A stretch of DNA of 63,776 bases, counting the filler, from Reticulomyxa filosa (taxonomy: Eukaryota > Protista > Foraminifera): NCBI GenBank assembly GCA_000512085.1. It is 20 parts of 20 records of this genome, joined end to end, with 100 filler letters (N's around TTAATTAATTAA, not from the genome) between each part and the next. Parts side by side here need not be neighbours in the genome. Positions count along the whole stretch, not along the records: positions 48,400 to 53,246 come from ASPP01039291.1; positions 53,347 to 55,775 come from ASPP01011747.1; positions 55,876 to 58,271 come from ASPP01002576.1; positions 58,372 to 59,962 come from ASPP01017241.1; positions 60,063 to 61,852 come from ASPP01012244.1; positions 61,953 to 63,776 come from ASPP01000851.1; 14 more parts are not named here. One strand, given 5' to 3'. Position 1 is the first letter of the stretch. Each line of letters starts with the position of its first letter. Both the position numbers and the translations under genes were made by a program. Below the pieces are notes generated by a model, which worked only from the letters and a program-made list of their open reading frames with translations, ran no database searches and was not told where the DNA came from. Shown piece after piece: positions 51,661 to 63,765 of the stretch.

Positions 51661-53346
51661 TCGCCGAACTCGTTTATAATTTTCTATTGGGGCGCGATAT
51701 TGTAAGTTGGTTAACGCCCGCGAGTGGATACTTTTCGAGTTTCTATTCATGAACAACCATTTAATAGTCAGACTCAACAAAGCCTGCTGACTGATTTTTT
51801 TTTTACCTAACCGAACACGATATGGGTTCGATATTCTTTTTATTCTCTTCATCATCACACACATATCCATCTTCTTGCTCCTGTCTTGACTCGAGCTTTG
51901 CCAACTACTATTCGCCAATGTCTATCGCTTCCTAATATTGGCACAATCACGATCCAAATCCAAAGTGCGAAAACTCGTACGCACACAATAAGTTTGATAT
52001 GAGCGACAAGTCTCCGCTCCTCAATTGCTCCAAGTTTTTTTTTAATTTTTTGCATTTTTTTTCTTTTTTATATCTTTTTAATCTTTTATTTTTTTCACAT
52101 TGTCTTTTTTTTTTATTATTTTTCTCACATTGTTTTCTTTTTTTTATTATTTTTCTTTTTCATTTTTCACTTTTCTCATTTCTTTTTTTATTTCTAATTA
52201 TTCATTTTTTATTTTTTACTTTTTCTTAAATAAAATTTTCCCAACAATTTTCCCTCTTTCCCATTCATTTTCCCCATTTTCTTTTCCAACTATTTTTTCA
52301 ATAATTTTTTCCCCTTCCATTCTTTTCCCCACAATTTTCCCTATCCCTCTCATCTCAAATAAAAATATATATATATAAAATAAAAAATATAAAAACTTTA
52401 CAATCTCTTTTTTGACCATTGAACTCTATAAACAAATCACAAATTAAAAAATTTTTCATTTTTAATAAAAATAAACAAAGCATACTTTTGTGGTGGGCTA
52501 AAAGCTCACAATCCAATCATCTATTTTTTTTCCATTTGTAACAGGGATGGGGCAAATACTTTTTTTTTTTGATGGGTGCATGCCTATTCACCAACACACA
52601 AACGTTTGGAAAAAAATAAATAAATAAATAAATAAAAAAAAGTACAAACTCTTTCATTTTTTTTTTAATGCGGGGTGGCTTCAACCCCGAAGTTTTTCTT
52701 TGGATGTGGTGAGGATGTGTACGTATAAAAAAAAATTTTTTGAGTAGACGGGTTGAGGCTGTCAATCAAAAAACAAACAAAGTTAATTAAGTTTAAAAAA
52801 ATATATAAATATAACCAAACCTTTTGTACTCCTTGCGGAGACGGGGGGCCTTACCCCATATTCAAATTTTATTTTTTTCTCTTGCAGAAAGAAAGATGCA
52901 CAGGATCCAAACAAAAAAGACATTTTTTTTTATTTTTTTCAGAGTTTGCAAACTGTTCAAAACAAAACAATACCAAACCACTTTTTAAGTTGCAAAATAA
53001 CTTAAAAAAGAAAAAAGACGTACCAGTGTTTTGCTACGAGGGCGATTAGCACCCTAATTACTGACTTGTACGGTAGAGATACAACAACAAAAAAAAAGAC
53101 CTTTTTTTTTTGGATAAGACGTAGATACACAACTCATAAATATCTTGCAATTTTTTGGAATATTTTGTCATTTTTGACAAAATAACTTAAAAAAAAGGAT
53201 TGTTCAAATTTTTGTATGTTATTTCATTTTTGGTTCTAAAAAACGGNNNNNNNNNNNNNNNNNNNNNNNNNNNNNNNNNNNNNNNNNNNNTTAATTAATT
53301 AANNNNNNNNNNNNNNNNNNNNNNNNNNNNNNNNNNNNNNNNNNNN

Positions 53347-55365
53347 AAAATCATTGTGTATAAACTTTTTTCCAAAGACTCCACGTCATTCCATTCCTCG
53401 ATATCGGAGGTCTCTGTTATTTCTTTTTCTTTTTCTTTTTCCTTTTCCTTTTTTATTTTCTTTGTGCCTTCGTCACTCACTTTCCCATTCAACTCAAAAT
53501 GTGTAATGCCATTGTGGTGATTTCCGATTGCAAACCCCCCTCCATGGAAACTCGACTGTGGCTGCGTCTTTCACAAGTTTTTTTTTTTTTTTATGTGTGT
53601 ACATTTCTTACGCTTTTCACGTTTCAACATAGTTGGAAATAAGAGAGAGAGAGAGAGAGAGCAAGAGGGAACAAGGGAGAATAGTGGCATTGTACCGTGG
53701 ATGAATGATAGTCGGACGATTTTGTCGTGCATTGATTCAAATTGGGCAATGCCAATGGAGGACTATTGTCAAAGTTGTGTGAAGATGGCACATTTGACTT
53801 CATTCGACGGATTGCTGCACTATCATTCATTTCTATGCATTCGTTTTTTTTTTTTTTTTTTTTTAATAAATAAAAAAATTAAAAAATTGAATGTAAATCC
53901 AGTTTGCAGTGTTTCCTCCTCGCATTGTTGTCTCACCTTCAAAGTTGGTCATAGAAGAAGAAGAAGAAGAAGAAGAAGAGCGAGTGGGGATATGTACGTT
54001 CATTTCCGTTCCATCATTGTTTAAAACAGCAGATTTGTCTGTTTCTGAAGTGGTTTTGATTCCTAGACCTCTTCGCAGTTTCACCAGCAATTCGTTATGT
54101 TTGTGATTATGGTGATTGTGATTGTGATTATGATTGTGATTGTGATTGAGATTGAGATTGTGATTGGTAGTATCAAACAGTTGACCATTAATCCGTGGAA
54201 ACGCTATATTGTCTGGCTCATTCAACGGAGTAACCATTGCGGTGGTGCTATTGCATATCTTGTCCTCTCTCACCGCGGGGGCGTAAGTGGACACTGGACC
54301 ACACAACGTAGAAGCATACAAACAAGAGGGGGCATTCATAGCACCATGGGACATGACACGATCGCCAAGCGAATCCACATCGTTGGTGTCACTTACGTGA
54401 CTGTTGTCCAAGTGGAGCAATGAAAATTTAATGTCGTCGCCTCCTAAGGGCATCGACAGCGGCGCTGTCGTCGATGAATAGGCAATGCCACCAGTGCTCT
54501 TGTTACTACTAAAAAAAGATGTCGCTGATGTCGACACGGACACAGGGACTGATGATGACGCTGAGCACGACGAAGACGCTGAAGACGAGGAAGATGCATT
54601 GTCTCCCAAATTCACCATTGGCGTTGTTCGATTCGACATCCAATGGCTTTGTGGTTGGGTGCAAGACATACCCAAATATCCATTATTGTTGCCAATACAA
54701 TTTACTGGAGATGTCATACCGTCGCTACTCCCATTTGAGCTAACAAGATTGAGGCGAGATGCAACACCAAAAGGATTGGCATTATGCAATCCACGAAGAC
54801 TGCTATTTGTGCCCGTTGGACTATTCAATGTTGGAGATGTCGATGATGTTGAGGTCGGCGCCGATGCAAGTGGACCAGAAGAAGGTGTTATTATTGATAT
54901 TGGAAGATTTATTGAATTATGTAAATTTGAATATCCTGAAAGAGACAATTCTGACATTTCTATTTTTTCAAACAAGTTCATCCAATGTTCGTTACGTTCT
55001 TTTTATAAAAAAAAAAAAAGGGGGGGACGAACAAAAAAAAAAACTTGAATTGGAAGGTTCAGTAGAACATCTTTGCATTGGTGGTGAATCTGTGGACATT
55101 GCAAATACATCTAAGTTCTTTACTACACATTGCTTCTTTCTTTTACTCGCACATATACACATAAATTATAGTTGCAATATGTATATGTACATGTATATTC
55201 CATTGCAAACAAACCTATTTTAATAATCGATTTTACTAACTCTTCGTCTGCATCAAAATTAATTTCATTATTTCTATTGTACGGTGAAATGCACGGTAAT
55301 CCAAGATCATTTGGATGATACATTATATTATTAGTTCGAGTCACATGTCCACCTGATAGGGTCTA
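53347..55365 (-). CDS. Ser/His/Asn-rich low-complexity hypothetical protein (multi-exon, partial)
   Basis: 372-aa ORF 53863-54981 with poly-S and (HN)n, flanked by short exons and poly-T/poly-A introns. Confidence 0.55.
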
Positions 55366-55875
55366 TTATGGGATGAATATTTTTTATTTTCATATTTCAT
55401 AGTTTTAGATTTTTTCATCCTCGCTTGTCCATTTTTGGATATTTTTTTAATTGTTTTCTACCCACTATTTTTTCCTCAGTTGGCAAAATCCAAAATGTCC
55501 ATTGTTACACACATATGTTTAAAAAAAAAACGCAATATGCAAAAAAAAAAGGATAATGTATTGATCTTTCTTCATTGTGGAGTTGGGTAGATGTGTGTTT
55601 TTGTAATATTTGATCCAAATACACTTTGGATCTCCAAAGGACGTTTATTTGTATTTATCACAGATAGCATTATTTTTTCAATATTCGATCCAAAAAAAAA
55701 ATTTATAATAAATAATATGGGCAGCAATACAATCTCTTGAAAATGATCAATCATTTTTGTTTTTTTTCTCATTTTNNNNNNNNNNNNNNNNNNNNNNNNN
55801 NNNNNNNNNNNNNNNNNNNTTAATTAATTAANNNNNNNNNNNNNNNNNNNNNNNNNNNNNNNNNNNNNNNNNNNN

Positions 55876-56591
55876 CATTCATTGAATGAATAATGCATTT
55901 GGTATCATTTGAATTCCATTGTGAAATATGTAATTCATCGATGATGATTGACCATAAGTGTTCAATATCACTACTTTCATTTTTCTTTTCATCGTCACTA
56001 TTGTCATTAATGTGATGAAAAGCATTGATAATTTTTCTCAAAGGGATGTGCAATAGATACTGAAATCGATGATTCCACATTTGTTGATTTCCCCACAAAT
56101 ATGCAATTCTTTGAGACAACACACTTTTTCCACTCCCTGCTTCTCCTTGGATACTGATGTGACGTACTTTTGATTGATTTTCTTTGTCATTCCAAATATC
56201 TTGCAATTTGATATTTTCAGTTTGATTTTCATAGATTAATGAATAATCTAATGGATTTGGCCATTTTCCATTTTCTTCTTTGTAATCTTTATATTTTTCA
56301 TCTTCTTTACCTTTTTCTTTTTCTTGATTGTTGATCATTTTATGTTTTTTGTTGCTGGACTTGTTGTTGGGTCAAAAGGGTCAATCGAATGTAGCACGCG
56401 TCAATGGATTGTTCAGGATCATCAAATAATGGAGTCAATTTATCTTGTGATTGGTAGTATCGCTTCAGTTTTTGTTTGATTAAGTTTAATTGTTCGTTTT
56501 CACTTTGTGCTTTGCCGTTGTTGTTTTTTCCTTCGTTAATACTTGAAGTTTGTGCAAGAAGGTCCTCTTCTGCTCCTATTTGGCCGCCCAT
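55876..56591 (-). CDS. NACHT (STAND) NTPase, N-terminal part; frameshift in an A-run near 56340-56350
   Basis: LKRYYQSQDKL.PLFDD...CYIRL pre-NACHT segment; Walker A HISIQGEAGSGKS..QRIAYLW; FQYLLHIPLR. 3'-truncated by contig edge. Confidence 0.85.
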
Positions 56592-58371
56592 GGTACTTTT
56601 TCCTCTGAAATGTCGAAAAATTTTGACGAAGGGACTTGTTTAAAATTTTTTAGAGTGGATTTTTGTACAGTTTCAATATATTTCACGAGTTTTTCACAAT
56701 AATCTGTTAGTAAAAATATCGACAAGTATCACAAATTTGTTACTCATTTGAAAGAAAGAAAAGCTGAATTGTATCAAGACAGTTTTATTTGTTGGGATCC
56801 TTCCTCTAGTTGATGCAAATTATTTTTTTTGTTCAATTTGAGATGTGTTTGTTACTTGAAAACTGGAGTCATATTTTGTTGTTCCTTTTTTTTTTGTGAA
56901 GTGCTGTTATTATACAACAATTTCATTGTATCTTTGAAAAAAAAAATGATATGACGTACTGCCATTTTGACGTAAAGTAAGATTCACTTTAGTTTGAAAG
57001 CCTCGTCTTCTTCTTGTTTTTCCAGTCTGCTGTTCGTCAATAATCTCTATCACTTACTTGTTTTTGCTTATGCTCTTTTGAATTGTTTGTTTTGTTATGT
57101 TGTGAATGTATGAATGTGGAAAAAGACGAAAAAGTCTTGCAAATTCAAATTTCTAAATAAAAAGTGCTTGAGTAATATCAATAAGTTACATCAAATGTAT
57201 TTTATGAAATGTTAAACATTGCATGATTAAATACTTTTTAAGCTTTCGAAAATTTCAATTGGATATTATTTGTGATGGGTTTTCTTTTGCAAGGCTACGT
57301 TTCTACATTCAATCAATAATATTCTTTACAGATTTCTTTTTTTTTGTATGATATATGGAAATCTTCGTATCATGTTTATTTCTTCAACATAGTTTCAATT
57401 GATGAAATTTGTAAAGTATTTGAAACAATTGAAGAGTGCAGAATCTAGTAAATGTGTGCTGAGAACGGACTCCATTTCAATTGTAGTTTTGTGACAATTG
57501 GATGTATCTGTTTGATTGTAAATGGCTGACACAAGCTCACTGACTTTTTAATTCGTTCAAGAGGTTATTTCATTGTTTTTTTCCAGTGCAAACTCTATAA
57601 ATACCAAAGGTACAGTTCTTTGTGTTTTTTTTGTGTTTGTTTGAAAAATAAAAGTTGTAAAAAAAGAAAAAAACATGCACGCATATGAAAAAAAAATTAT
57701 AAAAGCGTGCATGGAAATGAACCACATCCATACGAGAGCAATGACGATAGCATCAAACACAACATAGACTTGGAGTCCAAAGATTTTGAAAAAAAAAACT
57801 GAAAGGCTACAACAAACAACATTGGATCACAAGTCAATGAAAATGATTGTGTTCACTGGGACTTTATCTCACACGTCCTCTTTTATTATGCAAAAAGGTA
57901 ATCTCTGTTTTGTCTATTTCGAGTAGTTGCATGATCATTTCATTAGCGAATGCAATGAAAACAGTCATAGTAATGTAGTGGGCAATTTTAATGGAAATGA
58001 TAACAAAAAAAAATTGATCCATTCAAAAGATTTGGATAAAATATCATTACCATTGAAATTATTGCTTGCAAATACAAACAAAATAATCTCCCATTTTTGT
58101 TTAATGCAAATTCCAAAAGAGACTGTGAAAAAAACTTTGGAGTATATATAACTACGTATCTGTATGCATTATCCCAATTTGAAACAAACAAAAAAAAACA
58201 CATTAACGCAAACATACAAATGCACATACATCTATAATAAATAAACACTTCCAATTGAAAAAGTGATCAAANNNNNNNNNNNNNNNNNNNNNNNNNNNNN
58301 NNNNNNNNNNNNNNNTTAATTAATTAANNNNNNNNNNNNNNNNNNNNNNNNNNNNNNNNNNNNNNNNNNNN

Positions 58372-58405
<34 letters not shown>

Positions 58406-58489
58406 ATAGTCTCCCCAACTCCAAACCCTTTTATTTATATAAATACGTATACGTATACATATACATATATAAATGTATATGTATATAAC

Positions 58490-59962
58490 CTAGTAACAAC
58501 CACAAATCAACGTCATTGTCAGGATTTAAATCAATTGCTTTAAGCAAATACTTTTGCGCGGTTTTGAAATTCTTTTCTTTCATGTGACAATAGTTAAGCA
58601 ACTTGAGCACATTGCTGTCAGCGCGAATAACATTTCGATTTTGATTGGACTGATTGAGCCACGAGTCGACTCCACCGCCACTGCCGCCGCCACTACTGCT
58701 GGCGCTGTCATGAAAGCCGGGCGTGTGGGCGTTGGTAGTGGACAGATCATAGACAATTCTTTCGAGACAGGTTTTGCAGTGGCCAATATTGAAAAACTTG
58801 TCTGTCAAATACATTTGCGCTAAGCCGAACAACGCCAATTCCAAATACGGACATAGCATGACGGACTTGTAATACCACAGGATGGCGTTGTCATAGTCAT
58901 TCTGACAATGATACATTTTGCCAATGACATAGCACGCCTCTGCTTGGCATTGCAACAGAGGATGCAAGCAAGCCGTCAGAGGCAGTTCGCCGTGTCCGTT
59001 CTGGGTGCCTCCGCTCATGGGCGTGACGCGGATTTTATTATTGAATTGCGACGCGTACTTGGAGGCAAAGTGATGACCTCCGCCGTGGTTGTCATGTACG
59101 CCATTATGGTTATGGTGATGAGTATACAACGTGTGATGCAGCTGCTCCATCCACGTGTTCCGGATGCCTTGCGCAATGTCGTCCTCTGTCGGCGTCATGT
59201 CGAACAACTTCGTGCTTTGCAAGCAAAAGTGGTACGCAGTGCCACCCAGCTTTTGCACCAACGTGGGATCCGACCAACTGAAGCCAAGGAAATTCGCAAT
59301 CATCGTGAGCGTCTGAGGATTGCTAGGGTCCATCTTCCACGCCTGGGTCAATTCGAACAATGCTTTTCGGAGATTTTCTCGTTTGCGTTGAAGGTCTACA
59401 CGTTCATCTTCTTCTTCATTGTTTTTGCTTTTTGTATCTGCACCTCTTCCCTCTTCGTCGTCGTCGTCGTCGTCGTCTTCTTCTTCTCTTTCTCTTTCTC
59501 CTCTTTTTTTCTCTTGCTTCACCGTCACCATATTCATCAACTTTTGGCAATCTTGGTCGCTGAAATCGGTTTGATTCAAGTACACTAATGCCAAGCCGAG
59601 ATGTGCTTGCATGGTGAGATTACGATCGCTTGGCTTTTGATTATCTGTTATCGTTGTTGCTGCAGCTTTATCCCTATCTAACTCGATGCACCGCAAAAAC
59701 GCAAATCTCGCAACATCCCACTTTTGCAGTTTGAGACAACACAAGCCAATTCCGAGATGGACGTAAGGAGGGGTGCTGCGTTGCCAGTCTTCCAGTAGTT
59801 TCCGAAAGCTTTGTAAGGAATGCTCGTACTCGCCAAGGGTATAGCAAAAGCAGGCCTTTCCCAGCAATAAAATGAAGCATTGCTTTTTTATTTCATCCGT
59901 GTTGGTTAGACGTGAACTGTTGTTGTTGTTGTTGTTACTGCTGTTGCCACCACCACCACCAC
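58490..59962 (-). CDS. CTR9: PAF1-complex TPR subunit CTR9 (internal exon)
   Basis: LLGKAC, LGIGLC..KL...ARFAF.R.IELD, AWKMDPSNP, QAEACY.IGK.YH.QNDYD.A, FGLAQMY, collinear with the CTR9 TPR array. Confidence 0.85.
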
Positions 59963-60062
59963 NNNNNNNNNNNNNNNNNNNNNNNNNNNNNNNNNNNNNN
60001 NNNNNNTTAATTAATTAANNNNNNNNNNNNNNNNNNNNNNNNNNNNNNNNNNNNNNNNNNNN

Positions 60063-60105
<43 letters not shown>

Positions 60106-60196
60106 GTTATTTGTATTGAATACACACACACACATATATATAAATATATATATATATATATTTACATGATGCATAATGTAACACGAAATATAAAAG

Positions 60197-61435
60197 ACGC
60201 TGGAGATCAAGTTAGCCAACATAAATGCTGCGAGTCCATATTGAGCGCATTGCTGCATTTTGCACGAGACAAAAATCTAAGTGTTCGATGCAAATGTTTA
60301 GAAGCATTGTTGCGTCTATTTCAATATCAACCGCATCCTTTTTTGGAAAAAATGCATGCTTACATCAAAGTTCGTTTGTCAAATGACACAAACAATAAAT
60401 AAACAAAAAGGATTGATAGTTCTTGCTTCTGATTCATATCTCTTCTTCTTCTTCTCTCTATCTCTCTATCTCTCTATCTCTCCTTTGCTTCTACTCTCTG
60501 TGTCACTCACGTAATCACTTATGTATTAATATGAAGTGGATATCTTTGTATGTGTGTTTTTTTGTTTGTATCCTCTCCGCTGAATCTTGCCGACTTTTCA
60601 ATCTCTCCTTTGTGGATTGATGGACCTTCTTTTGTCTCTCTTTCTTCTTCGTTGGAATCAAGCTCACAACCGATTTGATGAAAGACGCAAACGCAGACAC
60701 AAATGTCCAAATAATGCTATGCGACACAATAATAGTGACGATGAATGAGTATTGGGATCTGTACGATGACAGTGTGCCGGACGTGTTCAAGTTCATGTTG
60801 CATTGCACCAAGTCAAAAGATGAACAACTGGCCATGGAAGCGGTTGAGTTTTGGCCTTATTATGTGGTCGATCCCAACAAAGATAAACTTGTCTTCCAAG
60901 ATTACTTGTCCGATTTGTGTCCGGTCTTGCTCCAACGCATGCGATACACACCCGCCCTTTTGGAACTCATCGATTGGGAAAAAGACGATTGCAGCAAAGC
61001 ACCCGACAAAGAAGAAGACGTTATGCCTTTGCATTATCAATCTCGAACTGAAAATCAATCTCGAACTGAAAAATCTGATTCAATTCTGTTATGTCTTACA
61101 TTTTGTTTTTTTTTTTGGCTCCACACACACACACTCTCTCTCTCTCTCTCTCACTCTCATATTCATATCCGAATACACAACTAACACGGATATAAACATA
61201 TGAATATAAAGTGAGCAAGACGCAGACGACGATGAGACCAAATGGAATATTCGCAAAGGTGCAGCAGGTGCGTTGGACTGCATTACACGCTGTCAAGAAT
61301 TAACTCAGCCATTGTTAAAACAAATTGGTCCACTCATTGTCAATTTTCTCGGATCGTCGGATTACTTAGTTTATATTGCCTGTCAAAAACAATGCACATG
61401 CCAACATGCAATCAAACATATAAAATATATAAACA

Positions 61436-61470
<35 letters not shown>

Positions 61471-61761
61471 TCTCTGTTGTGTGTGTGTGTCTCGCGAAGA
61501 AAATAGTTTGTTTATTTTGTGAGAAAACAACACACAAAGCAAACAAGTAACAAGTGTGTTGGTGTGGCGGGGATTTAGGACAGAGAGGCAGGGTTGTTAG
61601 CTGTCGGCGCATTATGTGCGACGGGCTATGAATTGATCACGCCACAATTGCCAAAGATGGTTCCATATATGCTCATGCAAATGAAGGATGAAAATATCTT
61701 GGTGTGTTCCATTGCTTGTTGGGCAATCTCGCGAGTATCTCTTTGGTTTGATACGGAAGAT
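60197..61761 (+). CDS. TNPO1: Transportin-1 / karyopherin-beta2 (internal exons)
   Basis: LAMEAVEFW, LCPVLLQRMRY, PDKEEDV.P (H8 acidic loop), WNIRKGAAGALD, REAGLLAVGAL, SIACWAISR. Confidence 0.9.
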
Positions 61762-61952
61762 GTTTAGCATGCTCTTCTTTCATTTCATTTCGTTTTCCTA
61801 TTGCTCATCTATTTCTTTCTTTCTTTTCATACGAGTGTGCAAAAAAAAAAAANNNNNNNNNNNNNNNNNNNNNNNNNNNNNNNNNNNNNNNNNNNNTTAA
61901 TTAATTAANNNNNNNNNNNNNNNNNNNNNNNNNNNNNNNNNNNNNNNNNNNN

Positions 61953-63765
61953 TTATTTTTATTATAAACTTTTGGAAATGAAATGTAAACAGGAATAGGT
62001 CGCTTTGAATCATTAATATAATTATTCCATAATGATTCTTCTAAATGACGACAAAAAATGCTTTTTCCTGATCCTGATTTTCCTTGAATTATCATTACTT
62101 TTTTTTTATAGGATGGCTGTTGTTCTTGTTTTTCACTTTTTTCTTCTGCTTTATCTTCTTCTTTTTCTTCCAAAAATGTAAGCACATGTTGATGGCAATC
62201 ACATGTTTTTTCTTTGTCATCATCTTTGCCATCTTCATGTGCATAATTATTTGCTTGTAATGGAATATATGTTTCAAGTGCTTGTGATATTGCAATATCA
62301 TCTTCCATTTCTTGTTTTCTTGACTCTTGTAATATTGACGCAAAGTCATCACAACTAGCCGGATTCTTGTCTCCAATGATATTTTGTTTATAATATTCAT
62401 ATAACACCATATAAATAGCTTGCTCTTTTTCTCTTACTTTTTCTTTCTCTTTTGTGGTCATTTCCTTTTCTTTCTCTTTTGCATATCCTGGAGTAAAAGT
62501 GCAAAGCTGTTTATATACAAATTCTGCGATTTTTAATGAACTATTGCTATCAATTTCTGTTTTACTTTTATTAAATAATTGTGGTGGTTTCAAAATTCCA
62601 ATAGCTAAATGAGATTTATAACGTTTTGCAATTTTTTCTATTTCTTTATCATTACTCCATTCACAAATAATATCATTAATTTTGGTCAATGTTTCATCAC
62701 TCACTTGTTTTAGATCTTCATCTTCTGGACTATTTGGTTGCCATGCTCTAATATGTTCATAAAATAAATGACTTAATTTTGGATTGCTAAATATAGTATA
62801 TCCTTCCAATGTTGTAAATTTTTTTAATGTTGCTTGCATCTCCACATATACTTTATGTTTTGGAACATATAATTTAATATTGTGAAATCGATGATGCGTT
62901 TTTGATTGTCTTTCAAAAAAATCTTTGTCTTCAGAGACAATTAAATTAAATTGTTCTGCTTTTTTCATTACTCCAACTGCTGTTTGTAATTTAGTTCCAT
63001 TATCACATAAAATGGTAAATCTTCCAACATCAAATGCTCTCCTAAAAGCTTTGGTATCACCACCATAATCAAATTCAATCTTTTCCAATAATCTTGCTGT
63101 ATCTTTTACTTTTAATGGTTTTACCACTGTAATTAAATATTTTTGTAATTCTGTTACTAAATTCAATATCTCATTACTTACCATTGCACTTTCACTCCGA
63201 GTGATTAAATCTTCTAGACTTTCTGCATGTTGAAAAATTTTATCTGCTTTTAATGTATATGAAAATCCTAATTTGATTGGATAATTACATTGATAATGAT
63301 TACTTTCTACAATGGTATTATCGTCACTTGAGCAAATCGAGTGTTCTGAATTGAAAAACATTACCCTTAGAATTGATGAAACTGTTAATTGTTTACAATC
63401 TGGACAAGGATAAGATGTCATATTTGATACAAATGAAATAGATTTAAATTCTTCATTCACCCATACTGGAATTTTTGCTTTCGAAGCTAAGCAATTGTCA
63501 TTTGTGCAATAACCTTGCAAATTTATTCCTGGTTTTGTTTCTCCAACTTCTGTTTTTTCATCTTCTTTTTTTAATTTATCTACATTTTTTTCATCTTCTA
63601 AATCTTTTTTTACTACTTCCTTTTTTATATTAAATACAAACAAAGTAAAAAAAAAAAAATAGCATGTTTTAATTATGTACATATATTTTAATATATCATA
63701 GTGACCGGTTCATTTTCAATTTTGGGTTGTTCTTTCGTGGTCTTTAATTCTGCACTTTGCTCATT
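61953..63765 (-). CDS. NLR-like protein: Cys-rich module + RelA/SpoT-like nucleotidyltransferase domain + NACHT NTPase (partial at both ends)
   Basis: Exon 63765-63706, GT-AG intron 63705-63620, then an open frame to the contig edge. RSH-like motifs at 63127-62747; Walker A IIQGKSGSGKS at 62083-62060, followed by LW...IPVYIS. Confidence 0.8.

Noticed and set aside
52030-52400. Phe-rich and Lys/Glu-rich ORFs
   Set aside because: Translation of a T/C-rich low-complexity tract.
53051-53057. ACCCTAA as possible telomerase RNA template
   Set aside because: Only 7 nt, shorter than the ~1.5 repeats expected; easily chance.
57380-58150. Possible RING/TRAF and Skp1-like fragments
   Set aside because: Too degenerate to support a call by eye.
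54485-59588. Plus-strand ORFs 54485-55048 and 58908-59588
   Set aside because: Antisense to the Ser-rich gene and CTR9; they arise from stop-poor low-complexity codons.
58372-60105. (AT)n, (CAC)n and poly-G at contig ends (also (ATG)n 23919-23938, (TCAA)n 38958-38979, (GTC)n 48275-48297)
   Set aside because: Ordinary microsatellites at which the assembly broke; not telomeric repeats.
1297-61952. Nineteen regularly recurring N44-TTAATTAATTAA-N44 blocks (superficially repeat/CRISPR-like)
   Set aside because: Artificial contig linkers with stop codons in all frames. Adjacency across them has no biological meaning, and ORFs ending '...XXXLIN' are artefacts.
61953-63765. Possibility that the RelA/SpoT-NACHT contig is bacterial contamination
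   Set aside because: AT content matches host contigs, and an in-frame GT-AG intron with the host poly-T/poly-A style is present.
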